This document shows positions 1 to 9,498 of a DNA stretch of 64,000 nucleotides, piece by piece (the stretch's first letter is position 1; the number at the start of each line of letters is the position of its first letter). The translations under genes and the position numbers were made by a program. Under the pieces are notes generated by a model. It was not told the DNA's origin. It searched no databases and saw only the letters and a program-made list of their open reading frames with translations. Origin of the DNA: an uncultured delta proteobacterium (GTDB lineage Bacteria; Myxococcota_A; UBA9160; UBA4427); assembly GCA_963822965.1 (NCBI GenBank), contig CAWGJT010000013.1:96001-160000 (forward strand), given 5' to 3'.

Positions 1-8
1 TGTGGGAG

Positions 9-1673
9 GTGGCGGGCGGCGGCCTCCGCCAGGTGCTCGGCGAGGCCGCGCTCCACGCCGGCCCGCTCGCAGCCGTCGTCGCCGGCGCCAGTCTCGCGGT
101 CGCGCTCGTCGTCTGGACCCTGGGCCGCGTGCAGCGCGGGACGGGGCGCGATCTCGGCTTCGCAGCTCCGAAGGTCCGCCGGCTGTGGGCCGTGACGGGC
201 GGGCTCTTCGTGCTGGCCTCCGTCGCGCTGGTGGCGACGTCGCGCATCGAGCCGCGCCTCTACGCGGGCCTGTCCGTCAAGCCCAGCGGCTCGCTGCTGG
301 TGGGCGCCATCCAGGTCGTGACCGACGTGGACCGCGACGGCTTCGGGCTCCTGGCCCGTCCCGCCGACCCCGACCCATTCGACGCCTCGCGCAATCCATT
401 CGCTCTCGACCTGCCCGGCAACGGGATCGACGAGGACGGAGCGGCCGGCGACCTCCCGACGGACGTCGCCCCGCCGCCGACCGTCGAGGCCGTCGGGCCC
501 GACCCGCGCGACACGCGGCGTCCCGACTTCCTGCTCGTCTTCCTCGAGAGCTTCCGCGCCGACCTGCTGGGCCGCGAGCGCAACGGCCGCGAGATCACGC
601 CCTTCCTGAACGCGCTGGCGCGCGAAGGGACGAGCAGCCGGCAGGCCTGGGTCAACAGCCCCTACACGATCTGGTCGCGCGCACAGCTCTTCGGAGGCCG
701 CCTCGACCCGAGCTACGACCAGAAGACCCTGATCGACGACTTCCACGAGCGCGGCTACACGGTGGCCTACTTCTCGGGACAGGACGACTCGTTCGGCGAC
801 AGCGCCGACCTGCTGGGCACCGGGCGCGCCGACCACTTCTATGACGCCCGGGAGGACGAAGATCGCCGCACGTCGCGCAGCGCCAGTGCCGGCAGCCTGC
901 AGATCTCCTGGAAGCTCCTGCTCGAACGCGTGGACGCGTACCTCGACGACTACGACCCGGCGCGCCCGCTCTTCCTCTACGTGAACATCGTCGACACGCA
1001 CTTCCCGTACAACCACGACGAGCTCGACGACCTGCTCGGCGTGCCGACGATCGACCGCTACGCGATCCGCGCCGACAACGCCGAGGCGGTGCGGACCACC
1101 TACGACAACACGGCGGCCAACGTCGATCGGGCGATCGAGCGGCTCGTGGCGCGCTTCCGCGGGACCATCGACGACCGCGACCACGCCATCCTCGTCGTCT
1201 CCGACCACGGCCAGGCGCTCTTCGACCGCGGCTTCCTCGGTCACGGCCAGTCGCTCACCGCGGAGCAGACGCGGACCCCGTTCGTCCTGTGGGGCGTGGG
1301 CGGCGAGTGGCCGGAGCCGCTCGGCATGTCCGACGTACGCGGGCTGCTGACGCGCAATCTCTTCGTGCCGCGCGGCGACGGCGTCCCGCGCGCGCGCTTC
1401 GTCCCCGACCGGAAGCGGGGCATCTTCGAGTACATGGCGCAGATCCACCACCCCCATCTCATCGGCCTGCGCACGCTCGGCGGGCTCACGAGCTACGACC
1501 TCGATCGCGGGGACGTCGAGCTCTTCGGCCCCGGCGACGTTCCGCTCGAGCCGGACGCGGCCACCCGCCGGAAGGCCTTCGACCAGCTCATCTGGACCTG
1601 GGAGGCGGCTCGTCTGGACGAGGAGCGCGGGGACCACGCGCGCCCTCGCCGTCGGCAGCCCGGACCGGCTTGA
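9..1673 (+). CDS. Membrane-anchored sulfatase/LTA-synthase-like (alkaline phosphatase superfamily) enzyme, probably 5'-truncated by the window edge
   Basis: N-terminal TM helices; DVDRDG...PGNGIDEDG MopE-like metal-binding repeat; LLVFLESFRAD, DTHFPY and VVSDHG metal motifs; SPYTIWSR at the nucleophile position (Thr, not Cys). Confidence 0.8.
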   Translation: MAGGGLRQVLGEAALHAGPLAAVVAGASLAVALVVWTLGRVQRGTGRDLGFAAPKVRRLWAVTGGLFVLASVALVATSRIEPRLYAGLSVKPSGSLLVGAIQVVTDVDRDGFGLLARPADPDPFDASRNPFALDLPGNGIDEDGAAGDLPTDVAPPPTVEAVGPDPRDTRRPDFLLVFLESFRADLLGRERNGREITPFLNALAREGTSSRQAWVNSPYTIWSRAQLFGGRLDPSYDQKTLIDDFHERGYTVAYFSGQDDSFGDSADLLGTGRADHFYDAREDEDRRTSRSASAGSLQISWKLLLERVDAYLDDYDPARPLFLYVNIVDTHFPYNHDELDDLLGVPTIDRYAIRADNAEAVRTTYDNTAANVDRAIERLVARFRGTIDDRDHAILVVSDHGQALFDRGFLGHGQSLTAEQTRTPFVLWGVGGEWPEPLGMSDVRGLLTRNLFVPRGDGVPRARFVPDRKRGIFEYMAQIHHPHLIGLRTLGGLTSYDLDRGDVELFGPGDVPLEPDAATRRKAFDQLIWTWEAARLDEERGDHARPRRRQPGPA

Positions 1674-4204
1674 GCGACCTCACGCGACTCGGGCGCTGGC
1701 TTCGGCTCGGCGCGATCGCGCTCTGCGCGCTCGGCCCGCTCGCTTGCGGCGACGCCGACGAGGCGCCGTTCCGGCAGGTCGTCGATCGCGAAGCCGGAGC
1801 CGGCGTCGGGGCGGACGACCCGGCCAGCCGGGACGCCCTCTTCCTCGCCAACGTCGAGCGCTTCTACGCGCGCTACCGCCTTCCGCCCGGCGGCCTCACG
1901 CTGCCCGACAGTGTCGGTCACGCCGCCGAAGGCTTCGTGGCGCGGCTCTTCGAGCAGGCTGACGCCTTGGCGTCCGCACGCGGCGACGACCGCATGCGGG
2001 CCACGGACGTGGAGCGCGCGATGCAGGACGCGCTCCCGCAGGAGACCGATGCGAGGGGAGACCTGGTCTTCTTTCCGAAGCTCGCGGCGGACGAACGCGT
2101 CGTGGTCGATCCCCTGGATCCGGAGTCGTTCTTGCGACTCGGCATGCCCTGGCGACTGCTTCGCGTGATGCTCGACCTGCAGCGCGTACAGCCGAAGCAC
2201 GAGCCCGACGCCGCGTCCGCCCGGCGCCTGGCGGACGCACTCGCGCGCTACGGGGTGCTGCTGCTGCGGATCGCCGGCAACGAGGCCCGCGACGCGCGCG
2301 GGACTCCGGCTGCGTTCGTCTCCGGCGCACAGGTGCAGACGGCGGCGGCCGAGATCATACGACGCGCGGAAGCGAGCCGCGGCCTCTCGCCGGCGAGCCC
2401 CCCGGCGACCCCCGATCTCCCGGCGACCCCCGTCGCCACGACGGGCGGCGCAGACGCCACGCCCCTCTTCACCGACGTCACGCGGGAGGCGGGCATCGAC
2501 TTCGCGCACCGTTCCTCCCGTTGGCTGGGCCGTTTCCGGCGCGCCGTTCCCGTAACGCCTCCGACGTTCGCCGGGGGAGGCGTCGCCGCCGGCGACCTCG
2601 ACGGAGACGGGCGGGACGACCTCCTCTTCGTCGGCGGGGGCGGCAACGTGCTCTACCACAACGAAGGGGACGGCCACTTCCGGCGCGACCCGCGCACCGC
2701 GCAGCTGCAGGCGCCCGGCCGGGACGGCCTCCCGGGCGAAGCGCGTCAGCCCCTCGTCGCCGACTTCGACAACGACGGCCGTGAGGACGTCTTCGTCGGC
2801 TACGTGGACGCACCCCACCGGCTCTGGCGCAACACCGGCCGGACGTTCGAGGACGTCTCGGCGGAGGCGGCCCTCGGCGGCAGCGGCCTCGTGGTCGGCC
2901 CGGCCGTCGCCTTCGACTTCGACCGCGACGGGCTGCTCGACCTCTACCTCTGCTACTACGGCGACTACCTGAAGTCCTTCGATCCGGCGGTCGTCCCCAC
3001 CGCCGACACCCTGGCCGGAGATCTGCCACCGCAGAACGGCGATGCGAGGAACGGGCTGCCCAACCGTCTCTTCCGCAACGTCGGCCACATGCGCTTCGAG
3101 GCGGTCGCCGACAGCGGGACGGAAGACACCGGGTGGTGCCAGGCGGCAACCCACACGGATCTCGATGGCGACGGCTTCGAAGACCTCGTCATCGCCAACG
3201 ACTCCGGGCGAAACCGCCTGCTTCGCAACCGCGGCCCCGTGGGCGACGGCCCCCGCTTCGAAGACGTCTCCGACCGGCTGGGCGACGATCCGGGATCCCA
3301 CTCGCGGAGCGTCGCGGTGGCGGACCTGAACCGCGACCGCCTGCCCGATCTCTTCTTCTCGAACACCAACCTCTTCCGGCACACGGTGGGCTTGGCGACG
3401 CCGCCCCGCGCGAGACGGCGCAAGCTCGACCCTGCGTCGATTCCGGGCGTCGAGGTCGTGGAGACGAGCAACCTCTATCGGTCCGTCGCCGACGGCGACG
3501 GCCGGCTCGCGGGCTATCAGGACTCCCCGACCTTCGAGCGGGGCAATCAGCTCGGCTGGGCGTCGGGCGCCGGGTTCTTCGACTACGACGCGGACGGCGA
3601 CGAGGATCTCTACGTGGCGAACGGCTCCCACGCGTCCTTCGATCAGCTCACGGCGCGGGACGTGAAAGGCGAGATCGTCTACGGCTGGAACGTCGAGCCC
3701 AACGTCCTCTATCGAAACGATCTGGGTACGTTCCGGATCGTCCCGCCCGGCAACGGCGCCGATTACGCCGGCAACAGTCGCAGCGTCGTGTATCTCGACT
3801 ACGACGGGGATGGAGACCTCGACATCGCGGTCTCGGACTTCCAGGAGCCCGCGCACCTGCTTCGCAACGACCTGGCCGCGGGTGCCTCCGGCCGACACTG
3901 GATCCGGATCCGGCTCCAGGGCGATCCGACCGCCGGCTCGAACCGCGACGCCATCGGCGCCCGCCTGATCGCGCAGGCGCCCGGCGGCACCGAGATGTGG
4001 CGCGAGGTGCAGGGCGGCTCGGGCTTCGAGTCGATGGAGCCCCGGACCCAGCACTTCGGTCTCGGCAAGGCCACCGAGGTGGACCTGGACATCCGCTGGC
4101 CGGGCGGACAGCGCCAGCAGGTGAAGGGCATCGCCGCGGACCGCACCTGGCTGATCGAAGAGGGCCGGGTACCGGTCGAGGTGGACCCGGGGAGGCCGCG
4201 ATGA
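1670..4204 (+). CDS. Lipoprotein with FG-GAP/VCBS repeats and C-terminal ASPIC/UnbV domain (CRTAC1 family); N-terminal putative histone-fold doublet
   Basis: In-frame TTG overlaps the upstream TGA (TTGA); signal peptide with lipobox PLA-C; repeated GDLDGDGRDDL/DFDNDG/DYDGDGDLDI motifs; SNRDAIGAR...GGSGFESM...HFGLG...IRWPGG is typical UnbV. Confidence 0.85.
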   Translation: MSDLTRLGRWLRLGAIALCALGPLACGDADEAPFRQVVDREAGAGVGADDPASRDALFLANVERFYARYRLPPGGLTLPDSVGHAAEGFVARLFEQADALASARGDDRMRATDVERAMQDALPQETDARGDLVFFPKLAADERVVVDPLDPESFLRLGMPWRLLRVMLDLQRVQPKHEPDAASARRLADALARYGVLLLRIAGNEARDARGTPAAFVSGAQVQTAAAEIIRRAEASRGLSPASPPATPDLPATPVATTGGADATPLFTDVTREAGIDFAHRSSRWLGRFRRAVPVTPPTFAGGGVAAGDLDGDGRDDLLFVGGGGNVLYHNEGDGHFRRDPRTAQLQAPGRDGLPGEARQPLVADFDNDGREDVFVGYVDAPHRLWRNTGRTFEDVSAEAALGGSGLVVGPAVAFDFDRDGLLDLYLCYYGDYLKSFDPAVVPTADTLAGDLPPQNGDARNGLPNRLFRNVGHMRFEAVADSGTEDTGWCQAATHTDLDGDGFEDLVIANDSGRNRLLRNRGPVGDGPRFEDVSDRLGDDPGSHSRSVAVADLNRDRLPDLFFSNTNLFRHTVGLATPPRARRRKLDPASIPGVEVVETSNLYRSVADGDGRLAGYQDSPTFERGNQLGWASGAGFFDYDADGDEDLYVANGSHASFDQLTARDVKGEIVYGWNVEPNVLYRNDLGTFRIVPPGNGADYAGNSRSVVYLDYDGDGDLDIAVSDFQEPAHLLRNDLAAGASGRHWIRIRLQGDPTAGSNRDAIGARLIAQAPGGTEMWREVQGGSGFESMEPRTQHFGLGKATEVDLDIRWPGGQRQQVKGIAADRTWLIEEGRVPVEVDPGRPR

Positions 4205-5197
4205 GCCGGCGCCGTTCGCCGCTGGCAGTCGTCACCATCGTGTGTCTTCTGCTGTCCGCCTCCACGCCGGCGACGACGCGCGCGGGCGAGGAGACGCTCG
4301 CAGGCGAAGCTCCTCCTGCGCCCGCGCAGGCGGACGGCGCGCCGGATGCGGCAGGCGCTTCTCACAGCCGCAGGCGCTTCTCAAGCCGCAGGCGCTTCCC
4401 AAGCCCCAGGCGCTCCCCGAGGCCCGGGTGCTTCCGAAGGTGCTGGCGACGCGGAGGCCGACCGGCGCTACTACGCGGCCTGGGGAATCTCGCCGACCGA
4501 CCCGGACCTCCAGTCGGCGTACGGCAGGCAGCTGCTGCAGATCGGCGACCGCGCCGGTGCGCGCGCCGCCTTCGACACCGCCCTCCGGGTGGATCCCGAC
4601 GACCCGGGCGCCCACTTCGGCTACGGGCTCCTGATGCTCTCCCAGCGCCTCTTCGAGCCGGCGCTCGAGCACTTCCTCGCGGTGGCGGCGGCGGGTCCCT
4701 CGCCGTGGGAGGCCACCGCGCACACGCGAGCGGGCCAGATCCTCGGGCAGCTGGGTCGAAGCGACGAGGCGCTCACCCACTTCCAGCGGGCGGTCGAGCT
4801 CAACCCGGACCAGGCCGAGACGCAGTTCAACCTGGGGCTCGCCCTGCGACGCCACGAGCGCAGAGCGGAGGCCCTCCCCCACCTCGAGCGGGCCGTCGCA
4901 CTCGATCCCGACCTGTTCCCCGCCGAGCGGGAGCTGGCCTGGGTGCTGATGGGCCTGGGCCGTCCCCGGGAAGCGGTCGACCACTACGAGGCTCTCCTCC
5001 CCCGCGGCAAGCTGGATCCCACGCTCCTGCGCGACCTGGCCGCGGCCTACGACGCGGCCGGCGACGCCGACCGCGCTCGCGCGACCCTCGCGCGCGCGCT
5101 CGAGCTGGCTCGCAGTCACCCCCGCTATCGTGACCTGGCCGAGCAGCTCGAGCGGATGCTCGCCGCGAACGCAGCGGCGCGAGATCGCAAGCGCTGA
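4201..5197 (+). pseudogene. Secreted TPR protein with an apparent +1 frameshift near 4365 (pseudogene or sequencing error)
   Basis: ATG at 4201 is coupled to the upstream stop and encodes a signal peptide in one frame; the TPR repeats (AHFGYG, TQFNLGLAL) are in the 4346 frame; the first unit of an 18-bp repeat is 19 nt. Confidence 0.65.
4348..4438 (+). repeat. Degenerate 18-bp tandem repeat (AAGASQ-like units), about 5 copies
   Basis: gcggcaggcgcttctcaca / gccgcaggcgcttctcaa / gccgcaggcgcttcccaa / gccccaggcgctccccga / ggcccgggtgcttccgaa. Confidence 0.8.
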
Positions 5198-5338
5198 GCG
5201 CGGACGGCGCGGCTCGCGGAAGGGATCTGCCACGAGATCCGGGCTAGACTGACCGACCCGCCCCCCCCGGCGTCTCTCGGCTCCAGCGGGTCGAAGACCG
5301 GGGCGGCCGCGCGGCCGTCGTCAGCCGGGGGCTCGATC

Positions 5339-6922
5339 TTGACCACGCCCAGCCACGAACCGCGAGTCAGCGCCCGGGCGGCCGCCTCCGATTTGCTGAC
5401 GCCGACCGCGCTCTCCCTCGCGGCCGCGGCCGCGCTGGCCTTCGCATACCGTGATCTGCTCTCGTTCGGCGCACGCGCGGGCGTGCGGCAGGGCGTCGAG
5501 TACTGGATGTTCGTCCCGAACGATCGCGCGCCGATCGTGGCCATCTGCATCAGCGCGTGGCTCGTGTGGCGACGCTGGCCCCGCTTGAAGGCCCTGCCCC
5601 GGTCCGGAGCCGGTCCCGGAGCGGTGGCCGTCGCGTTCGCGATCGGCGCCGCCATCCAGGCCTGGGCGATCCACGTCCAGGCCCAGGACCTGCAAGCGTT
5701 CTCGCTGATGGCGAACGCCGCCGGGATCGTGCTGCTCACCTGGGGCGCTCCCGGGCTTCGCCTGATGGCGCTCCCGATCGCCTTCCTGGTCTTCGCCATC
5801 CCGCTCCCCGCTCCTGTGCTCGTGACCCTGCTGTGGAAGCTGCGCTTGTTCACCGCCCAGTACACGGGCTGGCTCCTCTACATGCTGGGCATCCCGTCCC
5901 TGGTCTCGGGCGACCAGATCCTGGGCGCCTCCCAGAGCTTCCAGGTGGTGGAGGGCTGCAGCGGTCTGCGGTCCGTCGAAACCCTGACGATGCTGGTGGT
6001 GCTGCTGATCGAGCTCTTCGGTCGCGGTGGCCTGCACGCGTTCCTGCTGCTCGTCTCGGCGCCGTTGGTGGCCCTTGCGCTGAACGGCGTCCGGGTGCTC
6101 ACCCTGGTGCTGAATCCCACCTCCGATGTCGTCGCCATTCACAGCCTGCAGGGGATCGCGATCCTGCTCGTCGGCCTGCTGCTCGTCTACGGCTTCGACG
6201 GCCTGCTGGCGCGCTGGCTCCCGAAGCGAGCCGCGGCGGGAGCCTCCCCGGCGCGCGAGCCCGGCCGGACCCATGCTCCGGGCTCACTCGTCCCAGCCGG
6301 TACCGCGCTGGCCGTGGGGCTCGTCACCGCCAGCTTTGCGCTCTGGGTTCCCGTGTGGAACGGGCCGCGCCCCCCCCACACCCTCACCGCCGCCGTCGAC
6401 GGTGCGCTGGCAGGGGTTCCGTACGACACGGTCGCCGCGGACGACTACTTCCTCGGCCACGTGGCGTTCCGCGAGGCGCTCGACCGCCGCTACCGTCTCG
6501 ACCGCTTCTCCTGGGTCGAGGTCTTCGCCGGGGCCGGCGACATCACCGACCGCCGCACCAGCATCCTCTCCCCGATCACCGCCAGACCCGGAAGTGGCTG
6601 GAATCGCCTGCATTCCGGCCACACCGACCTGACCCGGGAGGGCCCCCGGGTGGCCTGGTCGGTGATGCAGAAGGGAGTCGACCGGCGCCTCGTCTACCAC
6701 TGGCACATCGGCCTCGACCCGCTCTGGCTCGAGACGCTGCGGTCCTTCCTGGGGCTGGATAGCAGCGGGCTCCAGCGCCACCATCCCGTGCTGACGGTGC
6801 GGCTCAGCACCCCCGTCGACCTCTCGGAGAACGGGCGTGCACAAGCCGAGCGCCGTCTCCGGGACATGTACGAGCAGCTACAGCCCGCCCTGGCGACCGC
6901 CAGCATCTACCCCGCGGGGTAA
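5339..6922 (+). CDS. Exosortase fused to a C-terminal EpsI-like periplasmic domain
   Basis: Multi-TM protein with the Cys-Arg-His triad: VVEGCSGLRS, LNGVRV, IHSLQG; P-I-A-F-L-V-F-A-I-P-L-P motif; soluble C-terminal region ending VYHW...VRLS like EpsI. Confidence 0.9.
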   Translation: MTTPSHEPRVSARAAASDLLTPTALSLAAAAALAFAYRDLLSFGARAGVRQGVEYWMFVPNDRAPIVAICISAWLVWRRWPRLKALPRSGAGPGAVAVAFAIGAAIQAWAIHVQAQDLQAFSLMANAAGIVLLTWGAPGLRLMALPIAFLVFAIPLPAPVLVTLLWKLRLFTAQYTGWLLYMLGIPSLVSGDQILGASQSFQVVEGCSGLRSVETLTMLVVLLIELFGRGGLHAFLLLVSAPLVALALNGVRVLTLVLNPTSDVVAIHSLQGIAILLVGLLLVYGFDGLLARWLPKRAAAGASPAREPGRTHAPGSLVPAGTALAVGLVTASFALWVPVWNGPRPPHTLTAAVDGALAGVPYDTVAADDYFLGHVAFREALDRRYRLDRFSWVEVFAGAGDITDRRTSILSPITARPGSGWNRLHSGHTDLTREGPRVAWSVMQKGVDRRLVYHWHIGLDPLWLETLRSFLGLDSSGLQRHHPVLTVRLSTPVDLSENGRAQAERRLRDMYEQLQPALATASIYPAG

Positions 6923-7028
6923 GCCGGCGGGTCGATCTACCACGTGCTGCGCGTGATTACTACGATTGCCCATATTGAGAAAACCGGTTCCCAACCCCAT
7001 TCGGCCCGGAGAACCTGAATTCCTTTGA

Positions 7029-7041
7029 ATTCAATGACTTG
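7029..7041 (+). promoter_or_regulatory. Putative IHF binding site
   Basis: ATTCAATGACTTG matches WATCAANNNNTTR with one mismatch; it lies in an AT-rich patch just upstream of a sigma54 element. Confidence 0.55.
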
Positions 7042-7057
7042 AGTCCCTTCCGGGAAT

Positions 7058-7073
7058 GGGCACGCGCATTGCT
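7058..7073 (+). promoter_or_regulatory. Sigma54 (-24/-12) promoter element
   Basis: gGGCACgcgcaTTGCt has exact GG-N10-GC spacing; it lies upstream of a PEP-CTERM operon, a known context for RpoN promoters. Confidence 0.75.
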
Positions 7074-7349
7074 TATGTGAGACACGTGAAGCAAGGGGTA
7101 GGTCCCGCTCCGGGCCCGGCAGAGCGTTGGGGTCCGAGGGGGCGGGAACGACGATGGCAGCCAGGGATCGCAGGAACGGCGTCCGAAAATCGTCTTGACC
7201 TGTTTAGCGGATGGGTGATACGACAGTGAAGAAGAAGTTGCTTTCGTCAGCCCGGCTACGCAGAGTGATAGGCTAGCTCGACAGTAGGCTGAACCAGCTC
7301 CGCCAGGCATCACGAGGATGTCGGGCAGGCTCAAAGGAGAAGCAAGAAG

Positions 7350-7778
7350 ATGAAGCGAAATCTAATCGTGCTGGGCTGCGCCGGGCTTCTGGCCATCGGA
7401 TTATCGATCAGCGGCGTGGCTGGCGTGGTACCCGACACGGACATGGACGGGGTCCTCGACGATGCAGACAACTGCCTCCTCGTGCCGAATGGCCCTCTCG
7501 CCTCCACGTACTCGTGCACGACGCAGCTCGACGGCAATCTGGACGGCTACGGGAACCCCTGCGACACCGATCTGGACAACGACGGTGGCACCTCCCTTGC
7601 CGACGTGAACCTGGAGTTCGGCGCCGCTCAAGCGATCAGCGGCGACCCGCAGTTCGACATCGACTGCGACGGCGGCGCCTCGCTGGCCGACGTCAACATC
7701 GTGTTCGGGGCCGCGGTCGCCATCCTTCCGCCGGGCCCCTCGGGTCTGGCGTGTGCGGGAACGATCCCCTGCCCGTAG
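7350..7778 (+). CDS. Small secreted Ca-binding protein: TSP3-like repeat plus dockerin-like duplicated EF-loop
   Basis: AAGGAG RBS; signal peptide; DTDMDGVLDDADNC and DGNLDGYGNPCD (TSP3-like); DLDNDGGTSLADV and DIDCDGGASLADV (two dockerin-type loops). Confidence 0.8.
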   Translation: MKRNLIVLGCAGLLAIGLSISGVAGVVPDTDMDGVLDDADNCLLVPNGPLASTYSCTTQLDGNLDGYGNPCDTDLDNDGGTSLADVNLEFGAAQAISGDPQFDIDCDGGASLADVNIVFGAAVAILPPGPSGLACAGTIPCP

Positions 7779-7900
7779 GCGGGAGTCGATTCGATCGATC
7801 GTGATGCAGCGCGCGGGCATCACGGGGTGAGTCAAGCAAGAAACCGAGTGTAACTGTGCTGGTGCACGAACTGGAAAGACCCTTTAAGGAGAACATTGGG

Positions 7901-8593
7901 ATGCGGATTCTGATTACCAACCTGCTTGCGACGGCGGTGCTGCTGTTCGGCGCCACCAGCGCAAGCGCTTTTGCGGTCAACATGGCCCTGCGGCCGGGCG
8001 GCAACGACCCGAACGCCCTCAACCCCGGTGACAGCGTCGTGGTCGACTTCTTCGCCGATTTCGACCAGCCGAACACGCAGCTGTTCGCGTTCTCGGTCTT
8101 CTTCAACGATCCGGGAATCAGCTACGACGATGTCGCCTCGGCGGCGCTGCCGATCATCTACCCGGCTCCGAGCTACGGTGCGAACGTGGCTACGGGTGCG
8201 GGGCCCGGGTACATCCTGTACATGGCCGGCATGCCGCCGGCGGCTCTGTACCCGCTGCAGAACCCCTCGCAGCTCTGGATCGCCCCGCCTCCGGGCCAGG
8301 GCCAGGTGAACGTGAACTACTCGTCGCCGGCCGTCGATTCGATCGGTGTGGATACCGGGAGCAACGTGTGGGTCGCTTCGCTGGTCTTCACGGCCACCGA
8401 GAGCGGCACCCTCACGCTGTCGGTGTCCAACACCACCAGCATCCTCCGCGTGAACAACGTGGTGCTGGATCCGAGCACCGTCTCCGTCAGCGAGCCGATC
8501 GCGCTGACGGTGGTGCCGGAGCCGACGACTGCAGCGCTGATAGGCCTGGGCATCCTGGGCCTCGCGGTGGCGGGTCGCCGCAACCGCAGGTAG
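7901..8593 (+). CDS. PEP-CTERM surface protein with cohesin-like beta-sandwich body
   Basis: AAGGAG RBS before ATG 7901; signal peptide ending ASA-F; C-terminus VPEP-TTAALIGLGILGLAVAG-RRNRR. Confidence 0.9.
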   Translation: MRILITNLLATAVLLFGATSASAFAVNMALRPGGNDPNALNPGDSVVVDFFADFDQPNTQLFAFSVFFNDPGISYDDVASAALPIIYPAPSYGANVATGAGPGYILYMAGMPPAALYPLQNPSQLWIAPPPGQGQVNVNYSSPAVDSIGVDTGSNVWVASLVFTATESGTLTLSVSNTTSILRVNNVVLDPSTVSVSEPIALTVVPEPTTAALIGLGILGLAVAGRRNRR

Positions 8594-8608
8594 GTGCGAG
8601 CAGCAACC

Positions 8609-8633
8609 ATCCGGATCACCTGGTGATCCGGAT
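8609..8633. repeat. Perfect 12-bp inverted repeat with 1-nt spacer
   Basis: atccggatcacc-t-ggtgatccggat. Confidence 0.8.
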
Positions 8634-8639
8634 CGATCG

Positions 8640-8670
8640 AAACGCCCCGGGCCTCGGCCCGGGGCGTTTT
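8640..8670 (+). terminator. Intrinsic terminator of the dockerin/PEP-CTERM operon
   Basis: aaacgccccgggcc-tc-ggcccggggcgtttt stem-loop with T tail. Confidence 0.8.
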
Positions 8671-8963
8671 CGTTTGGCGACCGTGCTTCGTGCACGAACA
8701 CGGGAGATGCTTCGAGGAGAACCCCGCTGGACTTCGAGATCCTGCGCGAGCTCTACCAAACCGCTCGAGGTGCTCCGGTCGCACCCCTCGAGAGCCGCGA
8801 CGCCGAGGCCCGGGAGCGGCTGCGCGCGCTCGACTACGCGCAATGACCGCTCTGCTGGCGACTCCCCGGCCCTCGTTCTACTCTTCTGCCGCTCCCGGAA
8901 ACGCCCACCGATGGACTGGAGCCGACGGCGCCCCGCGCCGACGGCGGCCGAGGATCCCAACCG

Positions 8964-9485
8964 ATGAAGACCGCTACGCGCATCGTCCACCTCCTGCTCG
9001 TCGCGTGTACCACCGGCGCGTTCGCCGTCGCCTGCAGCTGCGGCGAGGAACAGAAGCCGCCGAAGCCGGCCGCCCAGCCGGCCCAACCGGCTCCGCCGGC
9101 CGCCACGCCGGCACCCCCGGTTCGCCCCCCGCCTGGCCCGGCGAAGGTTCCCAGCCTCCGCGAGCAGCTCGAGAAGAAGGTCTCCCTGCCGCCCTTCTAC
9201 CCCAAGGACGCGCCCGCCTACCCCGGCACGACGCCCAGCGAAGCGGGAACCAGGCAGGGACGGATCTACGCGACCTTCAGCACCACGGACGGGATCGACG
9301 AGGTGACCGGCTGGACCCAGGAGTTCCTCGACTCGAACGGCTGGCGGGTGTTGCCCGCCCAGCCGATGGGTGCGGGCTCGGTCCTTCAGGGACAGAAGAG
9401 CGGCCGCGTGATCGCAGTCATGATCTCGACCCTGAAGGTCGACGGCGAGCCCCATACCCTGATGATGGTCTCGGTCACCCCCTGA
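8964..9485 (+). CDS. Lipoprotein of unknown function with Pro-rich linker
   Basis: Signal peptide with AVA-C/CS-C lipobox; PPKPAAQPAQPAPP linker; small globular C-terminal domain. Confidence 0.7.
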   Translation: MKTATRIVHLLLVACTTGAFAVACSCGEEQKPPKPAAQPAQPAPPAATPAPPVRPPPGPAKVPSLREQLEKKVSLPPFYPKDAPAYPGTTPSEAGTRQGRIYATFSTTDGIDEVTGWTQEFLDSNGWRVLPAQPMGAGSVLQGQKSGRVIAVMISTLKVDGEPHTLMMVSVTP

Positions 9486-9498
9486 CGAGCGACCCGTC

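Noticed and set aside
6960..7334. 124-aa ORF on the minus strand in the promoter region
   Set aside because: Atypical composition; better explained as a regulatory region with sigma54 and IHF elements
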